A stretch of 64,000 nt of DNA from Botryllus schlosseri (GCA_051294905.1 CM119382.1:11842001-11906000); one strand, 5' to 3'; shown: positions 25,418-38,047, counted from the stretch's first letter. Program-made: numbers and translations. The notes: generated from the letters alone by a model not told the origin.

Positions 25418-25502
25418 TAGGGTTAGCATACGTCCATTTTTGCAAGTCTGAAAATTCTGAAAAAGTGTCCTCTTTTTAGATTTCCAAAATATGGTAACCC
25501 TA
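25418..25502. mobile_element. 85-bp hAT MITE (TAGGGTTACCATA termini)
   Basis: TIRs TAGGGTTAGCATA / TATGGTAACCCTA; perfect 8-bp TSD TAATATAC. Confidence 0.8.
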
Positions 25503-25517
25503 TAATATACATCACAT

Positions 25518-27181
25518 CAGAGTTGGATCAATTACAATATCTTAATTCAATTACAATTACAATTACTTCCTTGCGTGTTTCAATTACATTACAATTACTC
25601 AATGCTATAAATATCAAATTACAATTACAATTACTGTTGAACATGTAATTAAATTACAATTATAATTACAATTACTTTTAAACAGGTAATTGATTCAGTA
25701 AAGAGGTGTTCTTTGACAACCGTAGCGACGTAATTAGCAACAATCTCAAGCTATTCATGTTTCATTCCTGATATGTAGAATACCCTTTAATTGAAAAAAT
25801 ACTCGAACGTATTTGAACTATTCCTAATCATGAGTACTGAAAACTACAAGCACAGAAAAATGTTTCAAGCGACTGTTAAGAACCAAAGGTTTGAGCGACT
25901 AACAGCGAATAGGCTACAGGACAGTCAATGAAATGCAATCAAACGATTCGGCTACTCAGAGCTGAGTCAGGATAATGAAGTGTAATTGTTAAGGTGTCAG
26001 CGATAAGGATGATACCGATAAGGTGCGTAAAATTAAAATAAATGCAAAAGGAAAGAACCTCCTGATAACTAAGAATTACAATATTTTGGTTCGCATTTAC
26101 ATTTTCACTTGCTCGGAAACTGTTAGATTGCATTTGATGAACATTAGGGTGTGAAAAGTTTCTGGCCCCAGTAAATTTGGCCAAGATTGGAGGTAAGATT
26201 GGGATAACATCTCTACAAATGCGTGATCAAGTTTGATGAAGCCTTGGTTGGAAACTTGAATTTTTTTTGCTATTGTTGCAACAAGCCTCGGTACTGGTCA
26301 GATATAAAACAAAAAAACTTTGACCGTGGTGTAGGAAATTGTTCAGCACAGGTTTCAGAAGAGTTTACTTGCTGTTCATCCATTTTTGAAATATTAAGAT
26401 TTAGTTTAGCCCACTGGTTCTCTAACTTTTTTAGACACGCCCCCCTTTATGACAGTGAATATTTCGGGCCCCCCTTATCGTCATAGCACACAATGAAACC
26501 AGAAAGTTAGCAATCCTTACATATAGTTTGATGGTATGGAAGGTTATGACTGTTGATGAGAGAATTCTCCAATACGAAATTCAGACTATACACCGAGCAA
26601 TAACCATAAACCGGAGGTGAATCGAGCCCGGCGCGGAAAAGATTTCAGTTCACTGGAGCGTCGCGCCCCGTTCAGATGCTTTAACGCCGCTTAAGGGGGG
26701 CACGCCCCCAGTTCGAGAACCACTGGGTTAGCCTATATTGTAATTCACAAAGTTTTCTGTTGCTACTGAAGTACGGGAAACAGTTTAGCGTGGCTGAATT
26801 ATCTAGTTATAACGCAGCACGCATAGAACACCGATGTAAATAGGCTAATTATTACATGTGGTGACTGTTTACTAAGGCCTTACGGCCCCTCGTCGTCATC
26901 CTGGTTCGTACCGGATTTTCACTGGTGCGACGAATAAATGATTGAATAAATGATTATTTTATGTTGTGATTGTCAGGTTTCCGTGAAAATGTAATTGAGA
27001 TTGTAATTGAGAAAAATTTTGATCAAATTACAATTACACAAAATAGAAATGCTTCAATTACAATGACAATTACAATTACACAAAATAGAAATGCTTCAAT
27101 TACAATTACAATTACAATTACATGAAAAAATGTAATTAATTACATTCAGCTCAATTACATATTACAATTGATCCAACTCTG
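25518..27181. mobile_element. 1.66-kb hAT-like element with subterminal (ATTACA)n arrays
   Basis: Perfect 16-bp TIR CAGAGTTGGATCAATT; flanks catcacat/tatcacat match 7/8; ATTACA arrays at 25530-25680 and 26990-27170 including a 42-bp tandem duplication. Confidence 0.8.
26412..26725. mobile_element. hAT (Charlie-like) MITE, 314 bp, nested in the ATTACA element
   Basis: TIRs CACTGGTTCTCTAACT / AGTTCGAGAACCACTG; flanks gtttagcc/ggttagcc match 7/8. Confidence 0.75.
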
Positions 27182-27395
27182 TATCACATATTATTTTCTT
27201 TAATGCACTGCAGCGCGGAGCGATTGTGCAATGTCCATAAACTGAACAACTACATGCATATGTAGTACATTGCAAGACTCAAGGCTTTACCAGTGAAACA
27301 TATGTAGGCCTACACATAACGCAGCAAGGTACCAACAGTAACATAACTGCTTTTTATACTTGCAGGAGCTTCAGTAAGACCGATAGTTGTGAGCT

Positions 27396-28134
27396 ATGAC
27401 AACAAGCGACGTAACAGAGGTCCTCAAAAAATTCAAAGAAGCAATCACGCCTGAAATGGAAACTCCAAATATGAAAGGCAGGGGAGCGGATCTGTTTGCA
27501 AGGAGACGACAAAGAATGGAGAGATTTGTGATAACGGACGAAAACAGGAACCAACACCTCGATCGCATCGAAGCGACAAGTGGATATACCGCTGTAAACG
27601 GTGTAACGTCAAATTCACCGAATAATGAGGGTTTCATCCCATCCACTCCTACCACACCTAATTTACCACCTAAGCAGTCGTATTTTCCACCTAACAACAC
27701 CCTTTCGGGATATTTTACGGACGTAGACGACCAAAGACCAAGCTACCATCAGAGAAACATGAGGTTGAATTATTTCAGTGATTACGAAGACGATGTTGAA
27801 TGTAGTTACGGAATGAATCATCGAAAAAGCCGCCCAGAGGGTCGTCGCGCTTGGGAGACAGATGTGGAAGAGCCATACTTCTCAGAAGCAGAACCAAGCT
27901 TCAGAACGCAAGCTGTCCGTCCATCCAGAACCCCCACATCACCAGTTATACGAAGAGTGCCCCCACCAACAAAATCGTTTCCTGGGTTCCAAAACAAGCC
28001 ACAACCGCTCTGTACTGTACTCCCCGCAGGACAGATGACTTCATTCAACGAAACGGCTGTACCCAAGCGAACGTGGTCTCGCGTGACGTTTTGCCCGAAA
28101 AAGCCAAGTGCTGCAAGACGAAAGCCTGCTGTTG
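27396..28134 (+). CDS. Synaptopodin-like coding exon 1
   Basis: Acceptor ttgcag at 27365; in-frame TAA 5' of the ATG; donor G|gtacgt. Confidence 0.85.
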
Positions 28135-31100
28135 GTACGTATATGCGTATTTGCTACTACACGAGACTTAATGAGGTTTTCATTGCTATTGTACTGATAT
28201 AGACGTTATTCTATTTCGCACAGCTGATCATGCGAGAGTCAAACACCACAAGCGGTTTGGATTGCTACGAAGTTTGAATTTTATATCCCGACAGCACAAT
28301 ATTATACCCATACTAACCAGAATTTCATCCATGAAAACCTGGTGTCAATTAAAAATTGTATTTTTCCAGTTTATTTATGTAAGGAAATTTTGTTCTCTGG
28401 AATGGGAAAGAATGGGACATATTCCTTTTTCATACCCTATCTCACCACACGAGGAGGAGTATGAATTGCAATCTATCCAGCATGTTCGCACCGGCTCTAT
28501 AGAACCGTCTCGCGAAACTTTGTGAGAATAGCTAACCGGTTAGCATTACTGGCTACTGTCAATGACTTTTCGTAACTAAACAGGCGAAAATATGACATTT
28601 GTTGTGATAGAAACGACTGACAAACAATTTGAATCAGCGACCATGATGGCATATATCCCTGTGAAACCACCTGCAATTCCACCGTTCTGAATCAATTCTA
28701 TATCCTCAACGGAAAGCCGAGTGCCTTTCTGTATAGCCCTGGACTAGAGCAATTGGATCAATTTTGATAAATGCTCATGCGAGTGTTGGTGACTTATTTC
28801 TGTGACTGCTGGAACTGTATATACATACACATATACTGTGTAGCATTGATTTAGTTATTACTGGGGCGATTTTTTTTTACCTAAAAACGGAAGACTTTGA
28901 CCTATAAAATTCAAAATTTTGACTTTGCTTGACCCAAGAAAACTGAATTTTTACCAAATTTTGACCTCACGTATGCAAATTAGGTGTTTTCGCACATATT
29001 ATTAAAATTATACTACTTATCTTCTTTTCTGGTTGGGACTGTCCTTACGAAGTAGTTTGGCGTGAAAAAACGTTTTTGGCTCAAAGACTGCCAAATTTAC
29101 ATGAAAAAACTAGTATTTTAACGAAATATGGCCCCATGAAGAATTCCAGTAGTTCCATCACGTATTATGGTAGAAATAATTAAAATTTGTTGTAGTACAA
29201 CGAAAGCTACTTTCCTACATTCTCGGGTAGAAAGTGTCAGTCCTTACTAAGTAGCTTGCCAAGAATGGAGAAAGAACGTTCAACAGCAGCAGTTGTTGAC
29301 TGACAACACTGAAGTTGTGCGTACACTGCTGGTGAGTGGTGACACACCGTGTTGCTTCATTCTGACAATGTTGTCTACATCGCAATTATTCAGCTTGCGC
29401 TTCTTGATATAAGAACCATGCAATGCCTAAGCAGTCTTGCTTCAGTTAGAATATTGCGGTACGTTGACCATAAAACCATGTCAACCTATTTGTTTCATTT
29501 GACCGTTTATGATTCACAATGAGCAGACGATGGCATGTTTTCAACGGTAGGCCTATAGAGTAGGCTACAAGCTGTAAAATATCAAATAAGTTCACCGACA
29601 GTGCAAAATCTACGATACAAACGAAATGCGGAGGTCAGAAAATTTTTGACTTTGTAAAGAATTTTGACAAATTTTGACCTAACGCTACAATTTGGACAAA
29701 ATTTTGACATGTCAAAAAAATCACCCTAGTTATTACATATATAATTTCAGTGGTGGCGTATCCTTGTGCTAAAAAGGTCGTTCAGCAGGCAAGAAGCGAA
29801 CAGTCGCAGTCTGGAGACGCATCCCATTCAAAAGAAACGTTAACATTCAAGCCCATATTCCCCGGACGCCCGGGGAACACGAGCGGTATAGACAGACCAA
29901 AAACTCTAAAATTCAGCAGAATAATGCCAAAGATCAACGAGAAGCCGTCTAAGCGAAGCATTGCCGATGAATATAGCTCTAAAACAGGACCCAAGGACGA
30001 ATCACAGGAGAAAACATCAACAGAAGCACAACAAACAAGCCATGCGGCGGTGAGCCATACCCACAAGTCATCAGCAACAGTCACAATGCTCACTAACAGC
30101 AGTCAATCACGTGGAAGGCACAGCAAATCACAAGCACAAAATTGTAGCACACATTCACCGGATATTTTATCGCATTTATCTAAGGAGAAGAAGCATGAAG
30201 AATCACCCAACAGCAATGTTGAAAACAGGGCCGGGCACCCACCAAGATCAGATGAATCCGTATTCACGTCAACGGTGCCGTCAAGATGTCTGACTCCGAC
30301 TGGTAGAAGGCCTAAGACGTCTATGGGCGTTCCGAAAGTCATTAAAATAGCAGGAAACACAGCACCATCACCGCATCCAACCGAATCATCTCCAACGCCG
30401 TACAATACTCCAACTCCGTTAGAACTAAGTCGAGGGAGGTCGAACAGTACACCAGTTACATCACCAACGAGCGAGAAATCGCCAGCCGATAAGAAGATAT
30501 CTGCTTGCTTGAACGTTCTGGATCCTTCTAGGTCTTTGTCATTGCCAAAGCCTGCGTATCATCCTTCGCCATCGCCGACACTGAATGCGGTTCTGAAGCA
30601 AGAAACGGGATTTGGCGACAACGTAATGGCGTTACCTCGAAGAGATACCAGAACTCAACCGGAAAGGTAGGCCAAGTGGTGATATCAAAAAGTTTATGAC
30701 GTCATAATGATAAATTTGCTAAAAATAGCTCTTAAGCTTCTACGCCTAATAGGAACCTCGTTTGCCAAATTTACAACGCAAACGGTATAATGTAATAACT
30801 AGAACTTTACAGGAATCTGAAAACATACATCCCATTCACTTTGGTGATTATTCTAAAGCTGCGTCCCAGTGCTGCGTAGCTGGCATCGTGGAATTCTTGA
30901 AATCTTGGTTAGGAGCACGTTGATCTTTGCTAAAATGAAGAAATAATATACTGTAGACAGAAATTTCAATGAACTCCTCGATAAACAGTCGTCCGACAAG
31001 TCATCCAGGCAACTGAATGCTAAAGGGCACCATAAAAATATTATCTTTCGTCATCAGTCATATAACGCCAAGTTCGTGTGACAAGTTTTCAGGGTGAGTT

Positions 31101-34100
31101 GGAATGACGGTCCCAATTTAAAACGAAGGGAGAACAGCTTCAAATGAATAACTTACTGACTTGCATTTCGCGTTAGTGTCGTTACTGAATCTCAGCTCAG
31201 CATTATACTCAGCGTGTCTAGCACGGTACGTATAGCTCCTATATACGAACAAAAGGATACCGAAGCGTGGCCTCTCTCTCAGGAAATTTCGAATGCGCGT
31301 GTTTCCTCAATACTCAGCAACACTGACTTGCGTTTCATCTCGAATATATTGCACAGATTTTGACGCCAGGATTCCTGAATTTTGCATTATACTGCTGAAG
31401 GCGAATAGATACACAAGAACCGGGGACAAATGTAACACGGGGCAAATGTAACAATCGACCTCACTGGTAGTAGGATGGAGAAATCTTCATATTTTGAGTG
31501 CACATGCGGTAGTTATGTCTCCTATACAGGGCCGTAACAGCACTTCGTCAGCCCCCCCCAAAAAAAACTTTGGTCGTGGGCTCCCCATAGGGTTATAGAC
31601 CGAACTCCCGCGATACACTGTTCAGCGCTATTCATCATTTTCATTGGGAGTTTGTTTAGCGAATCAGCTTTTGTTGCCTAAGCGCGCGAAGCGCAAAATA
31701 TTTCTAGAATTCATGATTTCATCGGTCAGTATGATCGGGAATTGCATATATTGTTATCAATTTTTCTCTTCTCTCTGCTCACGTAATCAGATTTGCCGGC
31801 AGAGCTGAGTGCGGTGTGTTTGAAAAGGTGGGACCACTCAATAATAATTAAACATCTTCGGGCGTATACCCGTTGGCAGGAACGAAACAGCACCTGGTCA
31901 GGCCCCCAAAAACCTGGGTCTTGGGCTCCCATAGGGTGATAAAACGACCCCCCATCACGTTGTTCGCGTTTGTCACGAAATTATCTGTACTGTATTGTGA
32001 GTCAGCGCGAGGCGCGAAAATTTTCGATAATTTATGATAAAATCGGTCAATCAGATCGGCGATTGCATATATATTATGCTATCAATTTATTGTCCTCTCT
32101 ACTCGCGTAATTAGATTTACCGGTAGAGCTGAATGAAGTGTCTTGAAAACGGGAGGGCCCGTAAATAATGATTAAACATCTTCGGACGGGCGGACCCGTT
32201 GATATGACTTCGTTACATGATGTTATTTCGTGACTTCCAGTCTGCTATATCAAAAAATATAGAATCGCCCAAACGTAGGCTTCTAAACTAAGAGACGCAC
32301 ACGATTTCAAATTGGTATTTCTTCACTGGCATAAAATTTTTCCCAGCGGGATGGTATTTGTCTTGTGAGGTTCAGATTGCAAAGACAGGAACATTCGGCG
32401 CCAGTCATTTAGGCGCCTATGGACAATTAAACCTATATGTATTTTGTATAGCCTAACGAAGTCTCCGGTCTGCATAAGGGCATAGACCTTTTCGGCCAAG
32501 CTTTTCTCGCTGCCGATCGTTCTGGCACACTTCTTGGAGTCGCATGTTATATGTCCTAAAACTTGATTGTATGTCTTGGCGGGTCGTGGCGCGGTAATGG
32601 CCCAATACCCAATAATATAGATCAACGGGTACTTGAATTCGCGCACAGCGCGAAAAATTTTTGAAAAAATTGCATAAATTTTCAAAAAATACTCTACGAT
32701 TTATGCTAATTCACGAAATAATTTTGGGCCCCCTTCGAGCTCGCCCCCCCCCAATTGGGGGGTTTGGGGTGCGGCAGTTACGGTGCTGCTCCTATATCAT
32801 ACCTGAAGTTACGTTGAGCTACGACGCGTAACCCCGGAATAATTTGAAAAAAAAACTAACTTTTTGACACTTGAGTAAATATTTTCTGGACTGGAATAAT
32901 TTGTTCAGAAGAATAATACCTCAAGTGGTTACAACGTAATATATGTAGCTGGAACAATGTTACCATAGTCTGCCGTGATGATAGGAAAACTAGGACTTGC
33001 ATCTCCGGGAAGGTACCATACTGAGACATTTATCATGGTCGAGCGTGTCAGGGCCAATTGTAACACTCTGTTACTTTTTCCCCGTTACAATATCTTTTCA
33101 ATGCTGAATATCTGTGTTCGTGTGTTGGTAAAACCATTTATCTACTACAGATGAATCTTGCAACAGCCAGAAGTTCAATACCAGAATAGACACTACCTTA
33201 CCATACCAATTCTAACATGATCCTCAGCTGTCGGAACGGCCATTCAGAAGTGGTGATGTGAATCATAGGGCTCGGTTATTTCCGTGATTCTACCACCCTT
33301 TCTCATGTTGATCGACTTTTTGTGTATCGACTTTCAATGGTCACGTAAGAACCTGCCCATGACAATGTTGCGTCCTCGTTTTGCTACACTATATCATCGG
33401 CCCATTCAACCAAGATATTTCAGCCAGGTCGGTTTCGCGCCTTCAGAGGTGACCGAATGCCTAATCCATTATGCACGCTGAACTACAGCACCTTGGTAGA
33501 AGAGGCCGAATATGTGTTGGGAGATGATGGAATGAATGTGTTTCTTGTACACTTTATATCAACTATCGAGTTGTTGACTTCTTTATATAAAAATTTGGAA
33601 ATGAAATATCCACGATAAACACTCGTAATGTTAAAAAATACAAAAAGTGTTACAATTGTCCCCGATCTCCCCTAAGAGATGAATAAACGAATGATTTCAC
33701 CTATCATATGTGTACTATGTTCAATGACCGTGGTGCAAAAGGCCGCCAGGCGATAAGCGCCAAATTTTTGTTGAATAAACAACAACAGCGACCTATCATA
33801 TGTATATATATCATCTAATCTCATTCTCAATATAATACGTTTATTGCAATTATGTAACTATGATATTTGTGAACTGTGCTAGAAACTGGACAGCTCCTGC
33901 ATATCCCCAACAACAGCGACCCATGCCAATATCCAGGCCACGGTCAAGATCAGCCAAACAACCACCAACAGCACCGCAGCCCCTGGGAATCATAGCAGAA
34001 GGTCGGTACCTTATTTTCTAAAATAATGCAAATGGTAGGTAGGCCTACTTTCTTTCTCAAAGACAATGCAGACTTATTTGCGAATGATCAACTGACCACA

Positions 34101-37100
34101 ATATACTAAACTAGGCGAATCTTTTTGTATTAAATGGGTCATACATGTCACCGTAATCTGAAAATAATCAAAAGGAAATTTCGAAAATGCCTACATTTTC
34201 TGATTTTTCACACAATATGTAGCGGTATTTCAATCAGCCGAATTTTTCGCCTAATCGATCCCTAGCGCCACGGTGGGGGATATTTTAATCACTGTCGAGG
34301 TTACCATGAATTCAAAACAAATTCACCTCAGGTAGCCGATTGGTATATACGGTTTTTGACTTCTCGCAATACATATAACTTACTCATCAATCTATTTTCC
34401 GTGCAGGAATGCGAGGAAAGGGAGCAAGAATGTTCGAAAAGCAACAGAAAAGAATGCACAACTACACCAGAGAAACGAGCAAGGACAGTTACCCGGAGTT
34501 GTCCGGTGGCAGCGAAATGGGATCTCCGGCAATTCTCAGCGAATCGAGCCAATTCCAATTTTCTCCAGTATCGAAAACGCAGCCAGATCAGTCTAAAGGC
34601 GGAATGCGTGACGTAGTCGGAGAGTTTCAAAAGAATTCTCGACCAGGAAAAGCGGTAAGGAATGTGGCATGTTCTGCCTTTGAGTTTTGAACGCTTTCAA
34701 ATCTGGAAGCGAATAACAAACGCGCGAATGTCGTAGTAGCGAGTAGTAGTTGATGGTGAAAGACGGCCTTAAACTTATCCATACACTTGGGAACCAGCAA
34801 ATTGGAGACACGAGCAGAAGTTCAGGTTGTATTATCATAGAGTTACCATATTTTAGGACCCGAGAAAGAGGACACTTTTTTCAAGTTACAATATGAATCG
34901 CCCTGTAGGTCGACTAAAAATATGTTAAGTTCCCGCGTCCGTACTTTAACTCCTGGTTTACATGGACAGTTTCCGTTCGGTTGACCTTTTTGTATTTAAT
35001 CAACCGACAGTTCATAAAAATACTGATTTTCGCGGGTACTTTGTGGCGAATTGACCTTTTTTGTGGTCTCAGTACAGTAAACTAAGACTCAAAACAAAAG
35101 AAGAAACGGACGTCGAAAAAATATGACATTTGGGCATCCTCTGGGGATATTTTAGTTTTATTGAAGATAAGGAGGGCAAATCACCTTAGAAGAGAACATA
35201 TGGTATCCCTATATTATCAGCCACTACAAAATATACGCAATATAAGCACACAAAGGTGGTCAGTAACGAAGCACGTCTACCTCGGAGTACTCCAGCGGTT
35301 ATCATTTTAGAATAGTTCCGCTTCTACTTTTACTCAGTTTTTTTTAGAAACGGGTAGGCCTAGAATTCTAATTTCTTTATTTACCTGGAGATAGCTATAC
35401 TTATTTCTACTCTGGTAAGAATTTACAACGTTACTTCAACCTGAATACCAGCGATAAGTACTCTGACCAACTCTGATGTTAGTGTTCGTACTGTTCTGGT
35501 GCAGTGCGGCAGGTCTATGCCAATTGCTAATTCCTATTGCCATTGCCAAATTCTATTTCTACAGTACTTCAGTAGAATTCTGCGTCGCCATAGCTTTATT
35601 TCTACTTGAGTAGCATTATTGACTACTTTGACCACCTCTGCTAGGGCTACGCATTACGGTTTTTTTTCTAATTATTGCTATCATTTGATAAATATGTTAG
35701 GTTGGCTAGGCACGCCAAATTCGGCTCAATTCCAACTACTATATGTGAATGCTATAGGAGTTTGAAAATTTTGAAACGTTTTTTAACCAACCACACAAAT
35801 AGCGGGAAAATGTGAAAAAAAGCCTACTACGCAATTGCCAATTGTGCGATTCATCCGTTTACAGAAACTTCCGAGCGAAACAAGGCGGCGAACAAGAGAT
35901 CCGTTGCATTACCAGCAGCACCTAACGTATCCAACGCCGTCTACGGACGATTTCACGTCGTCCCATCAAGGCTACGATCACTACCAAAGTGACACAGAGT
36001 ACTTGCCCGATCACTTTCAAGAATATCCGTCGGCAAACGACTTTGTCGCGACACCCCCTTCGATCCCGTCTCCCAGCGACCCGAGGTGGACTTTCGGCGA
36101 TGATGTCCATTCAATTAAATCCACGTCCTCGATATCGACGCAAAGATCGTTCGGACCCAAAACAGCTCCTAAGCCGTCGAAAGCGATTATCTACAAGCAA
36201 CTGTCGCGGGAATCCCTGACTCAATCTGCGGCGACGACGGAAGATGGTTCAGCGCAGAATCCGACGGAGGGCGAAAACGAGACACTGATCAGTAATGATT
36301 GCTCTTCCCGAAATCTAATTTCGGAAAGTTTAGAGGATAACGTGTTTGCCAATGTGGAAGGTAAGGACAATGCAAACGTAAGCAATCCAGTTCGTGTCTC
36401 TTTATTTTCGGTCGTACGGTCTACCTAGTCCAGGGGTGGCAAACCTGTGGCCGCAAAAGGAAAATGGTGCGGCCGTCGACACGTAATTCAATTACTATGT
36501 GCTGGCGGCAGTCGATGTGCAATGCGCATTGTGCAAATATAATTTACGAATTGCCTCCCGAATTTTTGCGAAATTTTGATTAATCTTGAAATTTTCTTCG
36601 CGCCTGGCGCGATTCAATGCGACATCATTTTTCGATCCTAATATAGTAGAGCCCTTCGCAATCTGATCCCCACAGTACAGATGTGAACAGAAGAGTATGT
36701 ATCTGGTACGGGCGATTACAATATCTTTCCGCTATATCGCGAATCCTGAATGGAGGTCAAGAAATATAACAGCGTACAGCTGACTAATAACAATTGGCAC
36801 AACCGAACACGCATCATCATTCATAACGTGACATAAATTTTCGAAAACACTCACTCCATCATCTCCACCGATGAATCTGAATAATTGTTGGGCCGTGAGC
36901 GACCATAACGGATCCCGGTAGCTATTTATAACATGAGCACTAGAGCAGTTGAGCACTCGCGATTTCAGTTCGTATAGTAAGCCGATATGTAAAAGTAGAT
37001 TAGTACGGTCTTTTAACGGAAATAGACACTGGACAGTGGACAGTTTAAAATAGGTATTTTGCGTCTTATTAGTTCATTACGGATATGCCATTGAATGCGG

Positions 37101-38047
37101 CCGTAGGATATATAAGTAATCGAAATGCGGCCGTGAATAGCAAGAAGGTTGACCACCCCTGACGTCCATTTCCAGGTTAGCAAAAAGGTAAGTATTCAAG
37201 GCCCATAGTTTTGCCTAAATATCTATAAAGTAGAAGAGGAAGTAGTCTAAAATCATATAACCACCTGGCTAAACCTACTTTAGCACAGCGTAAATGTAGA
37301 GGTACTCAGTTACTGACCAGTAACCACCTATGGTTGAAACGCCACCGGCAGCACACCAGGAGTAGGCTAAATTCAGCGGTGTGCAACATTGCTGCCAGGT
37401 CAGATATAAATGACGGTATGGACCGAATGTTGTGCGTGCCTTATTAAATTGAGCAATGATTTGGTAATGGTGCAGTAAGTCTGTAAGTGTCACGCAACAT
37501 CCAAATGCTTCGTCTCGGGACGATATTGTCAGTGTATTGACTCGCAGCGATGCATTTGGTCAACACGGTTGCGCTCGTCTGAGAAGGCAAACCGTCTTCC
37601 AATCCACCCTCCATGGCTAATTGCCTATCTGCCTCGTAATCGAACTCCAGGCTGTCAGCGAATATCCACGCGGTTACCAATTTTCTAAAATTAGAAGACA
37701 TACGAATGTTGACATCGATATGATCTGCCAATAGTGTTCTAGAACGGGAATCTCCCGAGCCCCTCTGGAATAGCATTTTGTATCAGAATTGTGTTGATGA
37801 ACTCATTCTGCTTCCAGGCCACATGCAGGAGGGTAGTCCTGGTGCAACGGCATCTGGCGAAATCTCACGATCGCTAGATCAACAAAGCGAAAACTTAGAA
37901 AAGTCACAGCCTCTGGACCATACCAGGCAACGCAGTTATTGCCAAGGAAATGATAGCAATACGCAAGTCACTAATGGATTCCAGGTGCCGAAGCCGAAAT
38001 TTGACACGAGAAAAATTGGAGTTCAACGGAATGCATGGAGTCCTTGA
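27396..38047 (+). CDS. SYNPO2: Synaptopodin/myopodin-like natively unfolded protein, 6 coding exons, ~915 aa
   Basis: Exons 27396-28134, 29751-30666, 33883-34001, 34407-34654, 35865-36360, 37818-38047 join in frame (2748 nt). Motifs MKGRGADLFARRRQRMERF and MRGKGARMFEKQQKRMHNY (synaptopodin/calsarcin-type); C-terminal VPKPKFDTRKIGVQRNAWSP resembles the SYNPO2-type PKPKFSAKK...VWKP end; Pro/Ser/Thr-rich. Symbol denotes the closest recognised family member, not orthology. Confidence 0.72.
28862..29728. mobile_element. 867-bp hAT non-autonomous element with ATTTTGAC subterminal repeats
   Basis: Imperfect TIRs TGGGGCGATTTTTTTTTAC / (rc) TAGGGTGATTTTTTTGAC; perfect 8-bp TSD GTTATTAC. Confidence 0.8.
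29751..30666 (+). CDS. Synaptopodin-like coding exon 2 (Ser/Thr/Pro-rich)
   Basis: Track ORF 29750-30670; tttcag acceptor, AG|gtaggc donor. Confidence 0.82.
31420..33672. mobile_element. Older TIR element (CGGGGACAA(A/T)TGTAACA arms, right end TCTCCCC|TA), interrupted by a hAT insertion
   Basis: Left ccggggacaaatgtaaca is the near reverse complement of right tgttacaattgtccccga; outermost left terminus degraded. Confidence 0.5.
31527..32788. mobile_element. 1.26-kb hAT-like element with internal tandem duplication
   Basis: TIRs CAGGGCCGTAAC / (rc) CAGCACCGTAAC; perfect 8-bp TSD CTCCTATA; two diverged ~350-bp units (~31580-31925, ~31926-32200). Confidence 0.8.
33883..34001 (+). CDS. Synaptopodin-like coding exon 3 (NWTAPAYPQQQRP...GIIAE)
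   Basis: Open reading in phase 2->1, which bridges exons 2 and 4 exactly. Confidence 0.68.
34407..34654 (+). CDS. Synaptopodin-like coding exon 4 (second KGARMF motif)
   Basis: ttttccgtgcag acceptor, gtaagg donor; track ORF 34409-34690. Confidence 0.82.
34838..35211. mobile_element. 374-bp hAT MITE (same terminal family as 25418-25502)
   Basis: TIRs TAGAGTTACCATA / TATGGTATCCCTA; perfect 8-bp TSD TATTATCA. Confidence 0.8.
35251..35640. mobile_element. Family A MITE, 390 bp
   Basis: Left CAAAGGTGGTCAGTA, right GACTACTTTGACCACCTCTG; internal ttctactt repeats; no TSD match. Confidence 0.6.
35865..36360 (+). CDS. Synaptopodin-like coding exon 5
   Basis: Track ORF 35835-36428; gtttacag acceptor, G|gtaagg donor. 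Confidence 0.78.
36431..37161. mobile_element. hAT (Charlie-like) element, 731 bp, in the last synaptopodin-like intron
   Basis: TIRs CAGGGGTGGCAAACCT / AGGTTGACCACCCCTG with subterminal GCGGCC repeats; TSD not recovered. Confidence 0.65.
37818..38047 (+). CDS. Synaptopodin-like terminal exon (PKPKF...AWSP*)
   Basis: ctgcttccag acceptor; track ORF 37778-38047. Confidence 0.78.

Noticed and set aside
31040-31060. Minus-strand CTGATGA-C-GAAA
   Set aside because: No stem II and no flanking helices, so not a hammerhead.
33151-33215. Possible alternative terminal exon of the synaptopodin-like gene
   Set aside because: Lies inside a repeat; gives an immediate stop in the phase of the preceding exon; acceptor is the only support.
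37444-37776. 110-aa minus-strand ORF nested in the last synaptopodin-like intron
   Set aside because: No recognisable domain or linkable exons; several ORFs of this length are expected by chance in six frames of 64 kb.
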